In this document: in pieces, positions 29,094 through 39,166 of the stretch
Layout of the letters: each line of letters begins with the position of its first letter
How positions within the stretch are numbered: the stretch's first letter is position 1
Notes under the pieces: model-generated
The model's input: only the letters and a program-made list of their open reading frames with translations
Database searches by the model: none
What the model was told of the DNA's origin: nothing
Origin: Pseudomonadota bacterium
Lineage (GTDB): Bacteria > Pseudomonadota > Gammaproteobacteria > JAKAQQ01
NCBI GenBank assembly: GCA_027320085.1
Contig: DAHVLZ010000014.1
Location: 1-62,510 of the forward strand
DNA length: 62,510 nucleotides
Reading direction: 5' to 3'
Made by a program: the position numbers and the translations under genes

Positions 29094-30048
29094 ATTCCAG
29101 CTGATTCGCCGGTTTTTCAGCCCCTTGTCCCAAAGGAAGCGTGGCTCGGTCCGGTTGGGAGTGGGAGACGATGGGGCTGTCCTTTCACCCCCTCCCGGTC
29201 GTGACCTCGTCATGGCTACGGATACCGTGCTTGCCGGTGTCCATTTTCCCAAGGGTTGTCCGCCTCGGTCGATCGCACACCGGGCGCTGGCGGCCAATCT
29301 GAGTGACCTTGCTGCCATGGCCGCGGATCCACTCTGGTACACACTTGCGCTCAGCCTGCCTTCCGCCTCGGCGCGATGGCTTGCGGCTTTCAGCAAAGGG
29401 CTCGAGCTCCTGTCAGGAGAGGCCGGCATTGCGTTGGTCGGCGGCGATACCGTACGCGGCCCGCTTGCGGTGACCATCACGGTCATGGGCAGTGTTCCAC
29501 GGGGACGGGCAGTGACACGGCGGGGTGGGCGGCCGGGTGACTGGATCTGCGTGACGGGACCGCTGGGTCGCGCCGCCGCTGGATTGTCTGCCTGGCGGAG
29601 GGGGCAACGGCGTGGGGCGGCCTTGCTTCCTTTCCTCTATCCCCGCCCTGCGCTTGAGTGGATTCCGCTCTTGCGCGATTTCGCCCACTCCGCCCTTGAT
29701 GTCTCGGATGGCTTGATCCAGGATCTGGGGCATCTGCTCGAACATCGTCCTCTCGGAGCAGAGATCGATCTCGACCGCCTGGATTGCGAACCCCGGGACG
29801 GGGATGGACTCGTGCAGGCGCTTTCGGGAGGAGATGACTACGTCCTGTGCTTTACGATTTCACCTCGTCAATGGGCGGCGCTGCAACGCCAGGTTCGGTC
29901 TCGGCACCTCGATTGCCGGGTCATCGGGCGAATCGTCCCGGGTGCGGGCATCCGCTACCGGGGCGCGATGGCTGATCGGATCCGCCGCGCCCGGATCGGG
30001 GGCTATGACCATTTCCAGAAGCCCTTCCCCGGATGCCCTCGTGCCTGA
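29086..30048 (+). CDS. thiL: Thiamine-monophosphate kinase
   Basis: EFQLI, GVGDDGA, NLSDLAAM, LVGGDT, DVSDGL..DL.H, GGDDY.L.FT. Confidence 0.94.
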   Translation: MDEFQLIRRFFSPLSQRKRGSVRLGVGDDGAVLSPPPGRDLVMATDTVLAGVHFPKGCPPRSIAHRALAANLSDLAAMAADPLWYTLALSLPSASARWLAAFSKGLELLSGEAGIALVGGDTVRGPLAVTITVMGSVPRGRAVTRRGGRPGDWICVTGPLGRAAAGLSAWRRGQRRGAALLPFLYPRPALEWIPLLRDFAHSALDVSDGLIQDLGHLLEHRPLGAEIDLDRLDCEPRDGDGLVQALSGGDDYVLCFTISPRQWAALQRQVRSRHLDCRVIGRIVPGAGIRYRGAMADRIRRARIGGYDHFQKPFPGCPRA

Positions 30049-30556
30049 GCTGTCCCCCCCCGATCCTGCGGGCCGGGCACCTTGGGTGCGCGGGCTCAGG
30101 GATCCGGTGCTTTGGCTTGCCACCGGCGGTGGGGTCGGGTGGATACCCGGAGCGCCGGGGACGTGGGGCAGCCTGGTCGCGATTCCGCTCGCGATTCTCC
30201 TTCAGATGCAAGGGCTTGGAGTGTTCTGGGCCGGATTTGCCCTGTGCCTGGTGGTTGGGGTCCCGCTGACCGGGATGGCGGCCCGTCGCCTTGAGCGATC
30301 TGATCCGCCGATGGTTGTCTGGGACGAGGTGGCCGGTCAGATTCTCACTCTGGGCTTTGCTCCCATGGGCTTTCTCAACTGGAGTGTCGGGTTCCTTTTG
30401 TTCCGATTCTTCGATATCCTGAAGCCTGGACCCATTCGATGGATTGACCGGAAAGTCCGGGGAGGGTGGGGGATCATGGCGGACGACCTCGCTGCCGGAC
30501 TGATCGCGGGATTGTTCCTGTATCTGTTTGTGAGAATACATCAGGCCACTCGATGA
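30041..30556 (+). CDS. pgpA: Phosphatidylglycerophosphatase A
   Basis: APGTWGS, VWDEVAG, FRFFDILKPGPI, GIMADDL.AG. Confidence 0.93.
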   Translation: MPELSPPDPAGRAPWVRGLRDPVLWLATGGGVGWIPGAPGTWGSLVAIPLAILLQMQGLGVFWAGFALCLVVGVPLTGMAARRLERSDPPMVVWDEVAGQILTLGFAPMGFLNWSVGFLLFRFFDILKPGPIRWIDRKVRGGWGIMADDLAAGLIAGLFLYLFVRIHQATR

Positions 30557-31881
30557 ATACGACAGTAGAACCCTTGAGTCCTAAGTTGCTGAACCGCGTC
30601 GGGAAGTATGTGTTGGGACGCGAACTGGGTACGGGCAGCACGGGCCAGGTGTTCTTGAGTCACGATCCCTATCTTGACCGCGATGTCGCAGTCAAGCTCT
30701 ACCGTCTGGAAGAAGGGTCGGGCAAGGAGTCGGCCAAGTCCCTCCGTCAGCAGTTTTTCAATGAGGCCAAAGTTGCCGGCCGCCTCCGCCATCCCAACAT
30801 CCTGCCCATTCTGGATGCGGGAGAAGAGGGGGGGTTCGGATATGTGGTGACGGATTACCTGCCAGGGGTTGAGTCGCTCAGGGGGTGGACGAAACCCAGC
30901 CGGCTTCTGCCCGTGGCCACGGTCGTGGAAGTGGTGTTCAAGCTGGCTCGTGCCTTGGAGTATGCACATCGCATGGATGTCATCCATCGCGACATCAAGC
31001 CGAGCAACGTCCTCAGGACCCCGGATGGGGAGGTTTTCCTGATCGATTTCGGTATTGCGCTTCACGCTGTCGACTTCACGGATGAAGCTGCGCCTTCGAA
31101 GACCAAGGCCAAGCTCGTAGGCTCCCCGAGCTACATGGCGCCCGAGCTCATCCGGCAGGGCCGGGCCAGCATCCAGACCGACATTTATGCCTTGGGTGTT
31201 CTGCTCTACGAACTCCTGGTTGGACGCAGGCCTTACGAAGACGAAACCCTGAGCGGGCTGCTCCACCAGATTTTGTACGCGTCCCCACCCCCTCTCGGCC
31301 AACTGCGCCGGGAAATCCCCCTGGTCCTCGATGATATCGTGGCGCAGGTGCTGGCGAAACGTCCGGAGAAACGCTACCAGAGCGGTTTTGAACTGGCCGC
31401 CGCGCTCGTGGGTGTTTCCCACAACTTGGAGGTCGTCTCCGAAGAGCTCAAGGAACGCGAGCGTTTCAACTTGTTGCGACGGATGCGGTTTTTTGACGAC
31501 TTTACCTATCCCGAGATCTATGAAATCCTGAAGGCGGGACACTGGTCGAGTTACGCCCCGGAATCGCGGATCGTCTCCGAAGGAGAGGTCGACGAAAGCT
31601 TTTCTGTCATCGTTTCAGGAACGGTCCGGGTCGAACAGGGGGGTCGGCGGCTGGGCCGACTGCAGGCTGGTGATTGCTTTGGGGAGATCGGCTTCGTGAC
31701 TCCGGCCAAGCGTTCTGTCACGATTCTTGCAGAGGACACGGTCGAGATTTTTTCCGTTAATGCGACCCTGATGGAGCAGGCCTCACTCGCCACCCAACTC
31801 CATTTTACCCGCATCTTTCTGAAGAACCTGATTGCCCGGCTCTCCCGGTCCCGCGCCGGTGTTTCCCTGCCGGTTTCCTAG
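30553..31881 (+). CDS. Hanks-type Ser/Thr protein kinase with C-terminal cNMP-binding domain
   Basis: GTGSTG, VAVK, HRDIKPSN, DFG, GSPSYMAPE; C-terminal GDCFGEI..RSVT; ATGA overlap with pgpA. Confidence 0.93.
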   Translation: MNTTVEPLSPKLLNRVGKYVLGRELGTGSTGQVFLSHDPYLDRDVAVKLYRLEEGSGKESAKSLRQQFFNEAKVAGRLRHPNILPILDAGEEGGFGYVVTDYLPGVESLRGWTKPSRLLPVATVVEVVFKLARALEYAHRMDVIHRDIKPSNVLRTPDGEVFLIDFGIALHAVDFTDEAAPSKTKAKLVGSPSYMAPELIRQGRASIQTDIYALGVLLYELLVGRRPYEDETLSGLLHQILYASPPPLGQLRREIPLVLDDIVAQVLAKRPEKRYQSGFELAAALVGVSHNLEVVSEELKERERFNLLRRMRFFDDFTYPEIYEILKAGHWSSYAPESRIVSEGEVDESFSVIVSGTVRVEQGGRRLGRLQAGDCFGEIGFVTPAKRSVTILAEDTVEIFSVNATLMEQASLATQLHFTRIFLKNLIARLSRSRAGVSLPVS

Positions 31882-32696
31882 GGAGATCCAGAGACGCTGG
31901 CAAACGCCGAGTGGTTGTGGATGGACTCGAAGTTCTCGACCGTCACACGGAAATGCGTCAATCGTCGGTCATCACGCAAAGCGCAGGCAATGTCCCGGGC
32001 CAGATCCTCGGCGAAACGGGGGTGCTCGAAAGCCTTTTCGGTCACATATTTTTCATCGGACCGTTTGAGTAGACCAAATAGCTCGGCCGAGGCATGACGC
32101 TCGACCAGATCCAGGCCCGTTTCAATGTCGATCGTATCGCGTGGGCTGAGGGCCAGGGTAACCCGGGCGCGCTGACTATGGGCTCCGTAGAGGGAAATTT
32201 CACGAGAACAGGGACACAGGGTAGTGACCGGGACCGAGAGGATCCAGGACCAAGAGGACGGAATGTCGGGATGCCTTTCCCCGATCCAGCTCACGGTATA
32301 GTCCAACAAACTTTCACTGCCGCTGACCGGAGCACGCTTGCGCCTGAAAAAAGGGAAGACCACCTCGAGTCTTGCATGGGCTGCTTCCTCCCGTTGACAC
32401 ATCTCCCCCAAGGTGGCGACGGCCCGGTCCGGGGTGAAATGAGGGGCCAGAGTGTGCACGATCTCCACCAAGCGGGACATGTGGATGCCGCGCCGGTCAG
32501 CGGCCAGGGATACGGCCAGAGTAAAGGTTCCGACTGACATCTGTCGATTACCGGATCTTTCCATGATCCCCACCGGCAGTTTGAGGCGCTGGATGCCGAC
32601 CTCGTCAAGTCCGAGACCCCGGGGATCCTGGGCGGATTGAACGTCGGGCATCGGTGCCTGAGAGTGGATGCTGGGGCGGTCGGTTGGAGTGGTCAT
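31878..32696 (-). CDS. folE2: GTP cyclohydrolase IB
   Basis: PDVQ, GIHMSR, PVTTLCPCSREIS.YGAHSQR, LLKR.DEK.VTE, ESIHNHSA. Confidence 0.94.
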   Translation of the reverse strand: MTTPTDRPSIHSQAPMPDVQSAQDPRGLGLDEVGIQRLKLPVGIMERSGNRQMSVGTFTLAVSLAADRRGIHMSRLVEIVHTLAPHFTPDRAVATLGEMCQREEAAHARLEVVFPFFRRKRAPVSGSESLLDYTVSWIGERHPDIPSSWSWILSVPVTTLCPCSREISLYGAHSQRARVTLALSPRDTIDIETGLDLVERHASAELFGLLKRSDEKYVTEKAFEHPRFAEDLARDIACALRDDRRLTHFRVTVENFESIHNHSAFASVSGSP

Positions 32697-32910
32697 CGGG
32701 GTTGGGAGATCCCTTTCAGCGCGGCCGTTGTACAGTGAAGGAGCAAGGAAAGCAATGGCAATACCCCAGTCAACAAAAAAGGGAAGACAAAACTAGCCCA
32801 CCAAGTGAAACATCCAATTATAAAACATAAGGGGGAATCCTCATCTCCGGGAAGTGGCGCCGAAGCCCGAGACTTGCCTCGCGCTCATCCGCTTGGGCGG
32901 GTTCGGCGGG

Positions 32911-33837
32911 TCAGATCGATGTCGGCCCATGCGGTGTGTTGTGCGGTCCGGCCTTATTCCCACCCGGGAGGGACAGATTGCTGACCAGTGATTCAAGCAT
33001 CCCGGAACGGGCGCCGAATCCGATCAACGCTGACCTGCAGGCCGCGAGCGTTTCATCCAGTGCCTGGCGTGCTTCATCGAGTCCGAGCAACGTCACAAAG
33101 GTCGCCCGTCCCCGGCTTTCGTCACCGCCCGGAGCGCGTCCGAGCGTTTCCGGATCTGCGGTGGCGTCCAGGATATCGTCCCGGATCTGGAACGCCAATC
33201 CTAGAGCCTGGGCCATCTGATCCAGGCGGTTTCGTTCGTCCTGGATGCGGGGCGAGGCAAGCAGATAGGGCAGCACGACCGCCGCACGGATCAAGGCGCC
33301 AGTTTTCCGTTCGTGCATGTCTTTGAGTTCCCCGAGCGTCTGCGGTTGATGTTGGGGGTCGAGGTCGAGGGTCTGGCCCCCGACCAGTCCGGTACTGCCG
33401 CAGGCGTCCGCGAAGAATCGAGTGGCATCTACGATTGCGGCGGGTTCCGCCAGCGTTATGGGAATATGGTTCAGTACGGCAAAGGCCTGGGCTTGGAGAG
33501 CATCACCGGCCAGAATCGCGATGGCTTCGCTGAATGCGCGGTGGCAGCTTGGTCGTCCCCGCCGAAAATCATCATTGTCCATGGACGGGAGGTCGTCATG
33601 AATCAGTGAGTAGGCGTGGATAAATTCCACGGCGGTGGCCGGGAAATCCGCCAGATCCTGTGAGATCCCGAAAAGGTGGGCCGAGGCATAGACGAGCCGT
33701 GGCCGGAATCGTTTCCCCCCTCCCAGGACGGCATAACGCATGGCTTCATGAATTGCCGTGAGCGGAGGGCTCGGAAGAGGCAGATGGCGTTCGAGGACGG
33801 TCTCGATATGCTGGCCGAGGGGATCCCGCAACGTCAT
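32911..33837 (-). CDS. ispA: Farnesyl/geranyl diphosphate synthase
   Basis: GGKRFRP, HAYSLIHDDLPSMDNDDFRRG, KTGALI, GLAFQIRDDILD. Confidence 0.95.
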   Translation of the reverse strand: MTLRDPLGQHIETVLERHLPLPSPPLTAIHEAMRYAVLGGGKRFRPRLVYASAHLFGISQDLADFPATAVEFIHAYSLIHDDLPSMDNDDFRRGRPSCHRAFSEAIAILAGDALQAQAFAVLNHIPITLAEPAAIVDATRFFADACGSTGLVGGQTLDLDPQHQPQTLGELKDMHERKTGALIRAAVVLPYLLASPRIQDERNRLDQMAQALGLAFQIRDDILDATADPETLGRAPGGDESRGRATFVTLLGLDEARQALDETLAACRSALIGFGARSGMLESLVSNLSLPGGNKAGPHNTPHGPTSI

Positions 33838-34127
33838 GTCTGGGAATCCTCTGCGGAGGAGGGGCCTTCCCAAGGGATGGTTCGGCCGGACTCCACGAGC
33901 AGACGGTCAATTTTCTGGCGGGCGGCCTTGAGCGCCTGTTCGCACTGGGCGTGGAGTGTCATACCCTCTGAAAAATACTGGATCGATTCCTCAAGTGAAA
34001 GACGGCCTTCTTCCAGTCGCCGGATGATTTCCTCGAGTCGTGCCAGGGATTTCTCAAATGATTCCAGCGTCGGTTCGGTACCCGGTTCAGGTACCGGCCG
34101 GGCGGATTTCGGCGGATTTTTGGGCAC
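33834..34127 (-). CDS. xseB: Exodeoxyribonuclease VII small subunit
   Basis: SFEKSLARLEEII..LEEG.LSLEES...F.EG.....C...L..A; GTG start approximate. Confidence 0.92.
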   Translation of the reverse strand: MPKNPPKSARPVPEPGTEPTLESFEKSLARLEEIIRRLEEGRLSLEESIQYFSEGMTLHAQCEQALKAARQKIDRLLVESGRTIPWEGPSSAEDSQT

Positions 34128-34335
34128 GGGAATGGCCTCGCTAGCGTTGAAGATCAAGCCGGCTGATGTGCCGGGGCGGTGGCCAGTATATCGGATGCAA
34201 CCCCAGGGAACCGGCCGGGCCCGGGCGGAAGGAACGCGGGGCCGCTGGGTAGCCGGGGCGAGTGGAGCGAAGCTTCGCAATCGGTTAGACTGTAACGCTG
34301 TCTCAGATTGTTGTCAGTAAAACCGGAGGTTGATC

Positions 34336-34758
34336 ATGAAAGCCTTGAAAGGTACCCGTACGCAGGAAAACCTCAAGTTTGCTTTTGCTGGCGAATCCCA
34401 GGCCAATCGCCGTTACCTTTATTTTGCCTCCAAGGCGGATGTTGAGGGTTACAACGATGTGGCCGCCGTTTTCCGTTCTACGGCTGAGGGAGAAACCGGG
34501 CACGCCCATGGACATCTCGAGTTTCTTGAAAGCGTAGGCGATCCCGTGACCAACCTGCCGATTGGCGCCACGACGGATAACCTCCGCTCGGCCATCGCAG
34601 GCGAAACCCATGAGTACACCGACATGTATCCCGGCATGGTCAAAACGGCCCGCGAAGAGGGATTCGACGAGGTCGCCGATTGGTTCGAGACGCTTGCCAA
34701 GGCCGAGCGGTCCCATGCCAACCGATTCCAGAAGGCCCTCGATACCCTGGGACACTGA
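34336..34758 (+). CDS. Rubrerythrin (short, no rubredoxin domain)
   Basis: [34 protein letters not shown]; GGAGG RBS. Confidence 0.94.
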   Translation: MKALKGTRTQENLKFAFAGESQANRRYLYFASKADVEGYNDVAAVFRSTAEGETGHAHGHLEFLESVGDPVTNLPIGATTDNLRSAIAGETHEYTDMYPGMVKTAREEGFDEVADWFETLAKAERSHANRFQKALDTLGH

Positions 34759-34809
34759 TCACGATCAAGGATGCGGCGTACGGCTGCGACCGGACCGCAA
34801 GGGGCCCCG

Positions 34810-36180
34810 GTGACTGACACCCGATCCGTACATCGGGCGGAAGGTGGCCTTGAGCCTCCGAAGCGGGCCCCTTTGGATACGGATGATCCGGCTTTCTTCG
34901 ATGCTGGCGCGCTCGAAAAGGAGTTGCGCCGGACCTTCGAGATCTGTCACGGTTGCCGCCGCTGCTTCAACCTGTGTGAGGCGTTTCCCACCTTGTTCGA
35001 CGCGGTCGACCGGGATCCTTCCGGTGAGCCTGGGTCTCTCCGGAAGGACACTCTCGACCAGGTCGTCAGGGAATGCTATCTCTGTGATCTCTGTTTCATG
35101 ACCAAGTGCCCCTACGTGCCACCGCATCCGTTCAACCTCGATTTCCCTCACCTCATGCTCCGAGCCAAGATGTTGCGATATCGGGAGAAGAAAGTCCCGC
35201 TCCGCGATCGTTTTTTGACCGAGACCGACACGGTAGGACGCTTTTTCGGCATTCCGATCGTGGCGGGTGCGCTGAACCACCTCAATCGGAGTCCCACATT
35301 CCGCCGTTTGTCCGGACACCTGACCGGGATTCATGCCGAGGCGGCGCTGCCACCTTTCTCCGCTCATTCTCTCGCTTGGTATTGGAAGAGACGGGAAGCC
35401 ACCCCGGAATGCACTGCCCAGTCAACCCCGACCACGCATGGCCGGATCGCCTTGTTCGGTACCTGTTATGGACGCCACTATCGCCCGGAGATCGATCTTG
35501 ATCTGGCCCGGGTATTCGAGCACAACGGGATCCCCGTCGAAAGGATCGAGGGTGAGGTGTGTTGCGGGATGCCCAAGCTTGAAATTGGCGATCTCGAATC
35601 GATCGGACGACTTCTTGAACGAAACCTGCCACTCCTGCTTGGAGCCATCGAGCGTGGTTGTGATCTGACCTCGCCGATTCCCTCCTGCGTGCTCATGTTC
35701 AGTCGTGAGCTGCCTCTCCTCTACCCCCATGACGAGCGGGTCCGCAAGGTGGCTCAGGCGTTTGTGGATCCCTTCGACTACCTCATGCGGCGCCATGCGC
35801 ATGGGCTTTTGAGAACGGACTTTAAGCAGTCACTCGGAAAGGTTGCCTATCACGTGCCTTGTCATCTTCGTGTCCAGAATATCGGTCTCAAGACCCGTGA
35901 TGTCCTGGCGCTTATTCCCGGTATTCAACTTGAGGTGATCGAGCGCTGCTCCGGCCACGATGGAACCTACGCGGTGCGGGCGGAGTCCCATGCCAAGGCC
36001 GTGAAGATCGGCCAGCCGGTTGTCCGTCGAATCGCCGAGTTCCACCCGGATCACTATGCCAGTGACTGTCCGATGGCACAGGACCACCTTCACGAAGGCC
36101 TGGGGAAGGATGCACCTCCCCCCGAACATCCACTCCGGCTTCTCGCGTACGCCTATGGTCTGGTGGAGGGACCAGGATGA
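34810..36180 (+). CDS. Rubrerythrin-associated Fe-S oxidoreductase (GlpC/HdrD-like, CCG domains)
   Basis: [37 protein letters not shown]. Confidence 0.9.
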   Translation: MTDTRSVHRAEGGLEPPKRAPLDTDDPAFFDAGALEKELRRTFEICHGCRRCFNLCEAFPTLFDAVDRDPSGEPGSLRKDTLDQVVRECYLCDLCFMTKCPYVPPHPFNLDFPHLMLRAKMLRYREKKVPLRDRFLTETDTVGRFFGIPIVAGALNHLNRSPTFRRLSGHLTGIHAEAALPPFSAHSLAWYWKRREATPECTAQSTPTTHGRIALFGTCYGRHYRPEIDLDLARVFEHNGIPVERIEGEVCCGMPKLEIGDLESIGRLLERNLPLLLGAIERGCDLTSPIPSCVLMFSRELPLLYPHDERVRKVAQAFVDPFDYLMRRHAHGLLRTDFKQSLGKVAYHVPCHLRVQNIGLKTRDVLALIPGIQLEVIERCSGHDGTYAVRAESHAKAVKIGQPVVRRIAEFHPDHYASDCPMAQDHLHEGLGKDAPPPEHPLRLLAYAYGLVEGPG

Positions 36181-36758
36181 AACATCTGACCCCGGAAGAC
36201 CTCTACCCCCTCGAGCACTATGCCCGGATCCGGCCTGATTTCAGAAGGCAGGTCATGGCGCACAAGCAGGAGCGCCGGTTGGCGCTGGGGTCGCACATGA
36301 CCCTGATTTTTGAAGATCGTCTGACTGTCCAGTACCAAGTTCAGGAAATGCTCCGGATCGAACGGATTTTTGAACCGGACGCGATTGCGGCAGAGCTGGC
36401 TGTCTACAATCCCCTGATCCCGGACGGGCACAACCTCAAGGCGACGCTTTTTCTTGAGTACGAGTCGGTCGAGGAAAGAACCCGCGAGCTGCATCGGCTG
36501 GCTGGCATCGAACACCAGGTCTGGCTGCGTATCGGGGCGGGGGCTCCGCTCTGGGTGGTGGCTGACCCGGATCTCGAGCGCTCCGCTCCTGAAAAGACCT
36601 CAGCTGTTCATTTCCTCCGTTTTGATCTTCCAGCCAACGATGCGGAGGCGATTTGCGCAGGAGCACTGGTGATGATCGGGATCGAGGACGCCCGCTACCC
36701 GGTCCGGGTCCCCCTCCCTTCCCCCCTGACTCAGTCCCTGTGCTCGGACCTCGCTTAG
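36177..36758 (+). CDS. DUF3501 family protein
   Basis: FED..TV.YQVQEMLRIE, YNPLIP, KTSAVHFLRF; known partner of the two preceding genes. Confidence 0.88.
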   Translation: MKHLTPEDLYPLEHYARIRPDFRRQVMAHKQERRLALGSHMTLIFEDRLTVQYQVQEMLRIERIFEPDAIAAELAVYNPLIPDGHNLKATLFLEYESVEERTRELHRLAGIEHQVWLRIGAGAPLWVVADPDLERSAPEKTSAVHFLRFDLPANDAEAICAGALVMIGIEDARYPVRVPLPSPLTQSLCSDLA

Positions 36759-36806
36759 TCCGCATCCTGCTAGAATCTCCTCCCGGGAAAGACCTAAGCA
36801 CCGCCT

Positions 36807-38708
36807 GTGCCCCGTAAACAACGGTACGATTCCAGCGACCTCGAAGTTTTGACCGGTCTCGATCCCGTGCGCCGGCGACCGGGGATGTACACCGATACCC
36901 AGTCTCCGGATCATTTGGCGCAGGAAGTCATTGACAACAGTGTCGACGAGGCGCTGGCGGGCTTTGCCCATTCACTCGCCGTCACGCTGCACACGGATGG
37001 TTCGCTCACGGTAGCCGACGATGGTCGTGGCATGCCGGTTGACCAGCACCCGGAGCTCGGCCGGAGCGGGGTCGAAGTCATTCTTACCGTGCTTCATGCG
37101 GGCAGCAAGTTTGGGGAATCCGTCTACCGCTTTTCCGGCGGCCTTCACGGGGTTGGAGTTTCGGTGGTCAACGCGCTCTCGCGTCGGCTGGAAGTCTGGG
37201 TCCGGCGGGATGGGGGAGAGTTCCACATGGCCTTTGCGGATGGCACACCGGTCACACCACTGGTTCGCCACGGTTCCGCACCCCGTGGGGAAACCGGGAC
37301 CCGGATCCGTTTCTGGATCAATGAACGCTACTTCGAGAATCCGCACTTGGCTGCCGACCGGCTGGTTCCGCTGCTTCGGGCCAAGGCGGTGCTTCTTCCC
37401 GGGTTTGTGGTCACCCTGTGTGATGAGGCGAGCGGGCATTCACAGCGATGGTGCTACGAGGCGGGACTTGCAACTTATCTTGAGGAGACTCTGGCGGGAC
37501 GTGGGCTCCTGCCGGATCACCCGTTTGTGGGACATTTCCGCTCCGATCGTGCCGAAGCGACCTTTGCGCTCGCTTGGGAGAACGGGGGGGCGGGGCATGG
37601 CACCGTGACCGAAAGCTTTGTGAACCTCATTCCGACTCCCCAGGGTGGAACCCACCTGGCCGGTTTCAAGACCGGACTCCTGGCCGCACTCCGGGAGTTC
37701 TGCGACTATCGCGGGCTGGCCCCCCGCGACATCAAGCTCACGGCCGAGGATGTGTTCCAGGGCCTGAATTATGTGCTGTCCGTCAAGTTGCGGGAAGTGG
37801 AGTTTTCCGGCCAGCTCAAGGAAAAACTGAACTCCCGGGAAGCGGCGAGTTTCGTTTCGGGAGTGGTCAAGGATGGTTTCTCCCTGTGGCTGCATCAGTC
37901 ACCGGCTCAGGGAGAACCCATTGCCCGGCAGGTGGTCGGTCACGCGGTTGCGCGTCAGCGTCGCGAGAGCCAGGTGGCACGGAAAAAGCCCACTGCGGCT
38001 TTGGCCCTGCCCGGGAAACTTGCCGATTGCACCGGTGAGGATCTCGAAGAAACCGAGCTTTTCCTGGTCGAGGGGGATTCGGCAGGTGGATCGGCCCGGC
38101 AGGCGCGTGATCGGACCTTTCAGGCCATCCTTCCCCTGCGGGGGAAAATCCTCAATACCTGGGAAAGCAGTTCCGGTGAGGTCCTGGATTCTGCCGAGAT
38201 CCGGGATCTGGCCACGGCACTCGGCATCCAGCCCGGAATGAGCAACTTGGCGGGACTGCGTTACGGGCGGATCTGTATCCTGGCCGATGCCGACTCCGAT
38301 GGTGCGCATATCGCCACCCTCTTGTGTGCCCTTTTTGTCCGCCACTTCCCCGAGATCATCCGGCAGGGACGGCTTTATGTGGCCATGCCACCACTCTACC
38401 GGATTGATGTCGGCACCACCGTCTACTATGCGCTGGATGAAGGAGAAAAGACCGGAATCCTGGATCGCCTGCAGGCGGAAGGCCGGCGCGAAAAAGTCCA
38501 GGTGACGCGTTTCAAGGGGTTGGGCGAAATGAATCCCGAACAGCTTCGTGAGACCACCCTGGCCCCGGAAACGCGCCGTCTGGTCCGGTTGAGCTGGGAA
38601 ACGGCCCGGGAGACGGAAGAGATCCTGGACCGGTTGCTGTCGCGCCGGCGGGCGGGTGACCGAAGGGTATGGCTCGAGAACGAAGGACGCTTCGCGGTTC
38701 CGCTCTAG
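36807..38708 (+). CDS. parE: DNA topoisomerase IV subunit B
   Basis: EVL.GLDPVRRRPGMY, EVIDNSVDE, FVNLIPT.QGGTH, LVEGDSAGGSA, DADSDG.HI, RFKGLGEMNP; TG-TAGAAT extended -10 near 36768. Confidence 0.96.
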   Translation: MPRKQRYDSSDLEVLTGLDPVRRRPGMYTDTQSPDHLAQEVIDNSVDEALAGFAHSLAVTLHTDGSLTVADDGRGMPVDQHPELGRSGVEVILTVLHAGSKFGESVYRFSGGLHGVGVSVVNALSRRLEVWVRRDGGEFHMAFADGTPVTPLVRHGSAPRGETGTRIRFWINERYFENPHLAADRLVPLLRAKAVLLPGFVVTLCDEASGHSQRWCYEAGLATYLEETLAGRGLLPDHPFVGHFRSDRAEATFALAWENGGAGHGTVTESFVNLIPTPQGGTHLAGFKTGLLAALREFCDYRGLAPRDIKLTAEDVFQGLNYVLSVKLREVEFSGQLKEKLNSREAASFVSGVVKDGFSLWLHQSPAQGEPIARQVVGHAVARQRRESQVARKKPTAALALPGKLADCTGEDLEETELFLVEGDSAGGSARQARDRTFQAILPLRGKILNTWESSSGEVLDSAEIRDLATALGIQPGMSNLAGLRYGRICILADADSDGAHIATLLCALFVRHFPEIIRQGRLYVAMPPLYRIDVGTTVYYALDEGEKTGILDRLQAEGRREKVQVTRFKGLGEMNPEQLRETTLAPETRRLVRLSWETARETEEILDRLLSRRRAGDRRVWLENEGRFAVPL

Positions 38709-39145
38709 AGGGCATCCACACGGGCCGGATCCGGCCAGGTGGTGACGACCCGCACCTCGACCGTGACCTCCGAGTTCAGGCTGGCTCCGACCGAACAGTA
38801 ACGTTCATGGGAAAGGATGGCCGCCTGGCGTAACGCCTCTTCCGTGACGCCGGGGCCGCAACCGACATGTCGGACCGTGATCGACTGAAAACGGCGGGGG
38901 TGGCTCTCGGCGCGGTAGCCTTCAATCTCGATCCGGTAGTGGCTGAGTGGCTGCCGCTTCTTCCGCATGATTTCGACGACATCGATTCCGGAACAGGCGC
39001 CCAAGGCGGCCAGCAGGAGTTCCGTGGGCTTGAGCCCGGTTGGGGAACTCCCGCCGTCCAAGATCAGGTTCGTCCCGTTCCGGTTGACTCCCCGGAAAGC
39101 CAGGTTGTCTAGATAGTCGACTTCGATGTGGACGGCATCGTTCAT
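38705..39145 (-). CDS. OsmC/YhfA family protein
   Basis: P.ELLLAALGACSGIDV, S.ERYCSV. Confidence 0.88.
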   Translation of the reverse strand: MNDAVHIEVDYLDNLAFRGVNRNGTNLILDGGSSPTGLKPTELLLAALGACSGIDVVEIMRKKRQPLSHYRIEIEGYRAESHPRRFQSITVRHVGCGPGVTEEALRQAAILSHERYCSVGASLNSEVTVEVRVVTTWPDPARVDAL

Positions 39146-39166
39146 GCAGGGTACCCGTGGAAACAA

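Noticed and set aside
32807-32829. Possible Zur box upstream of folE2
   Set aside because: Only one half resembles the palindrome; not distinguishable from AT-rich promoter DNA.
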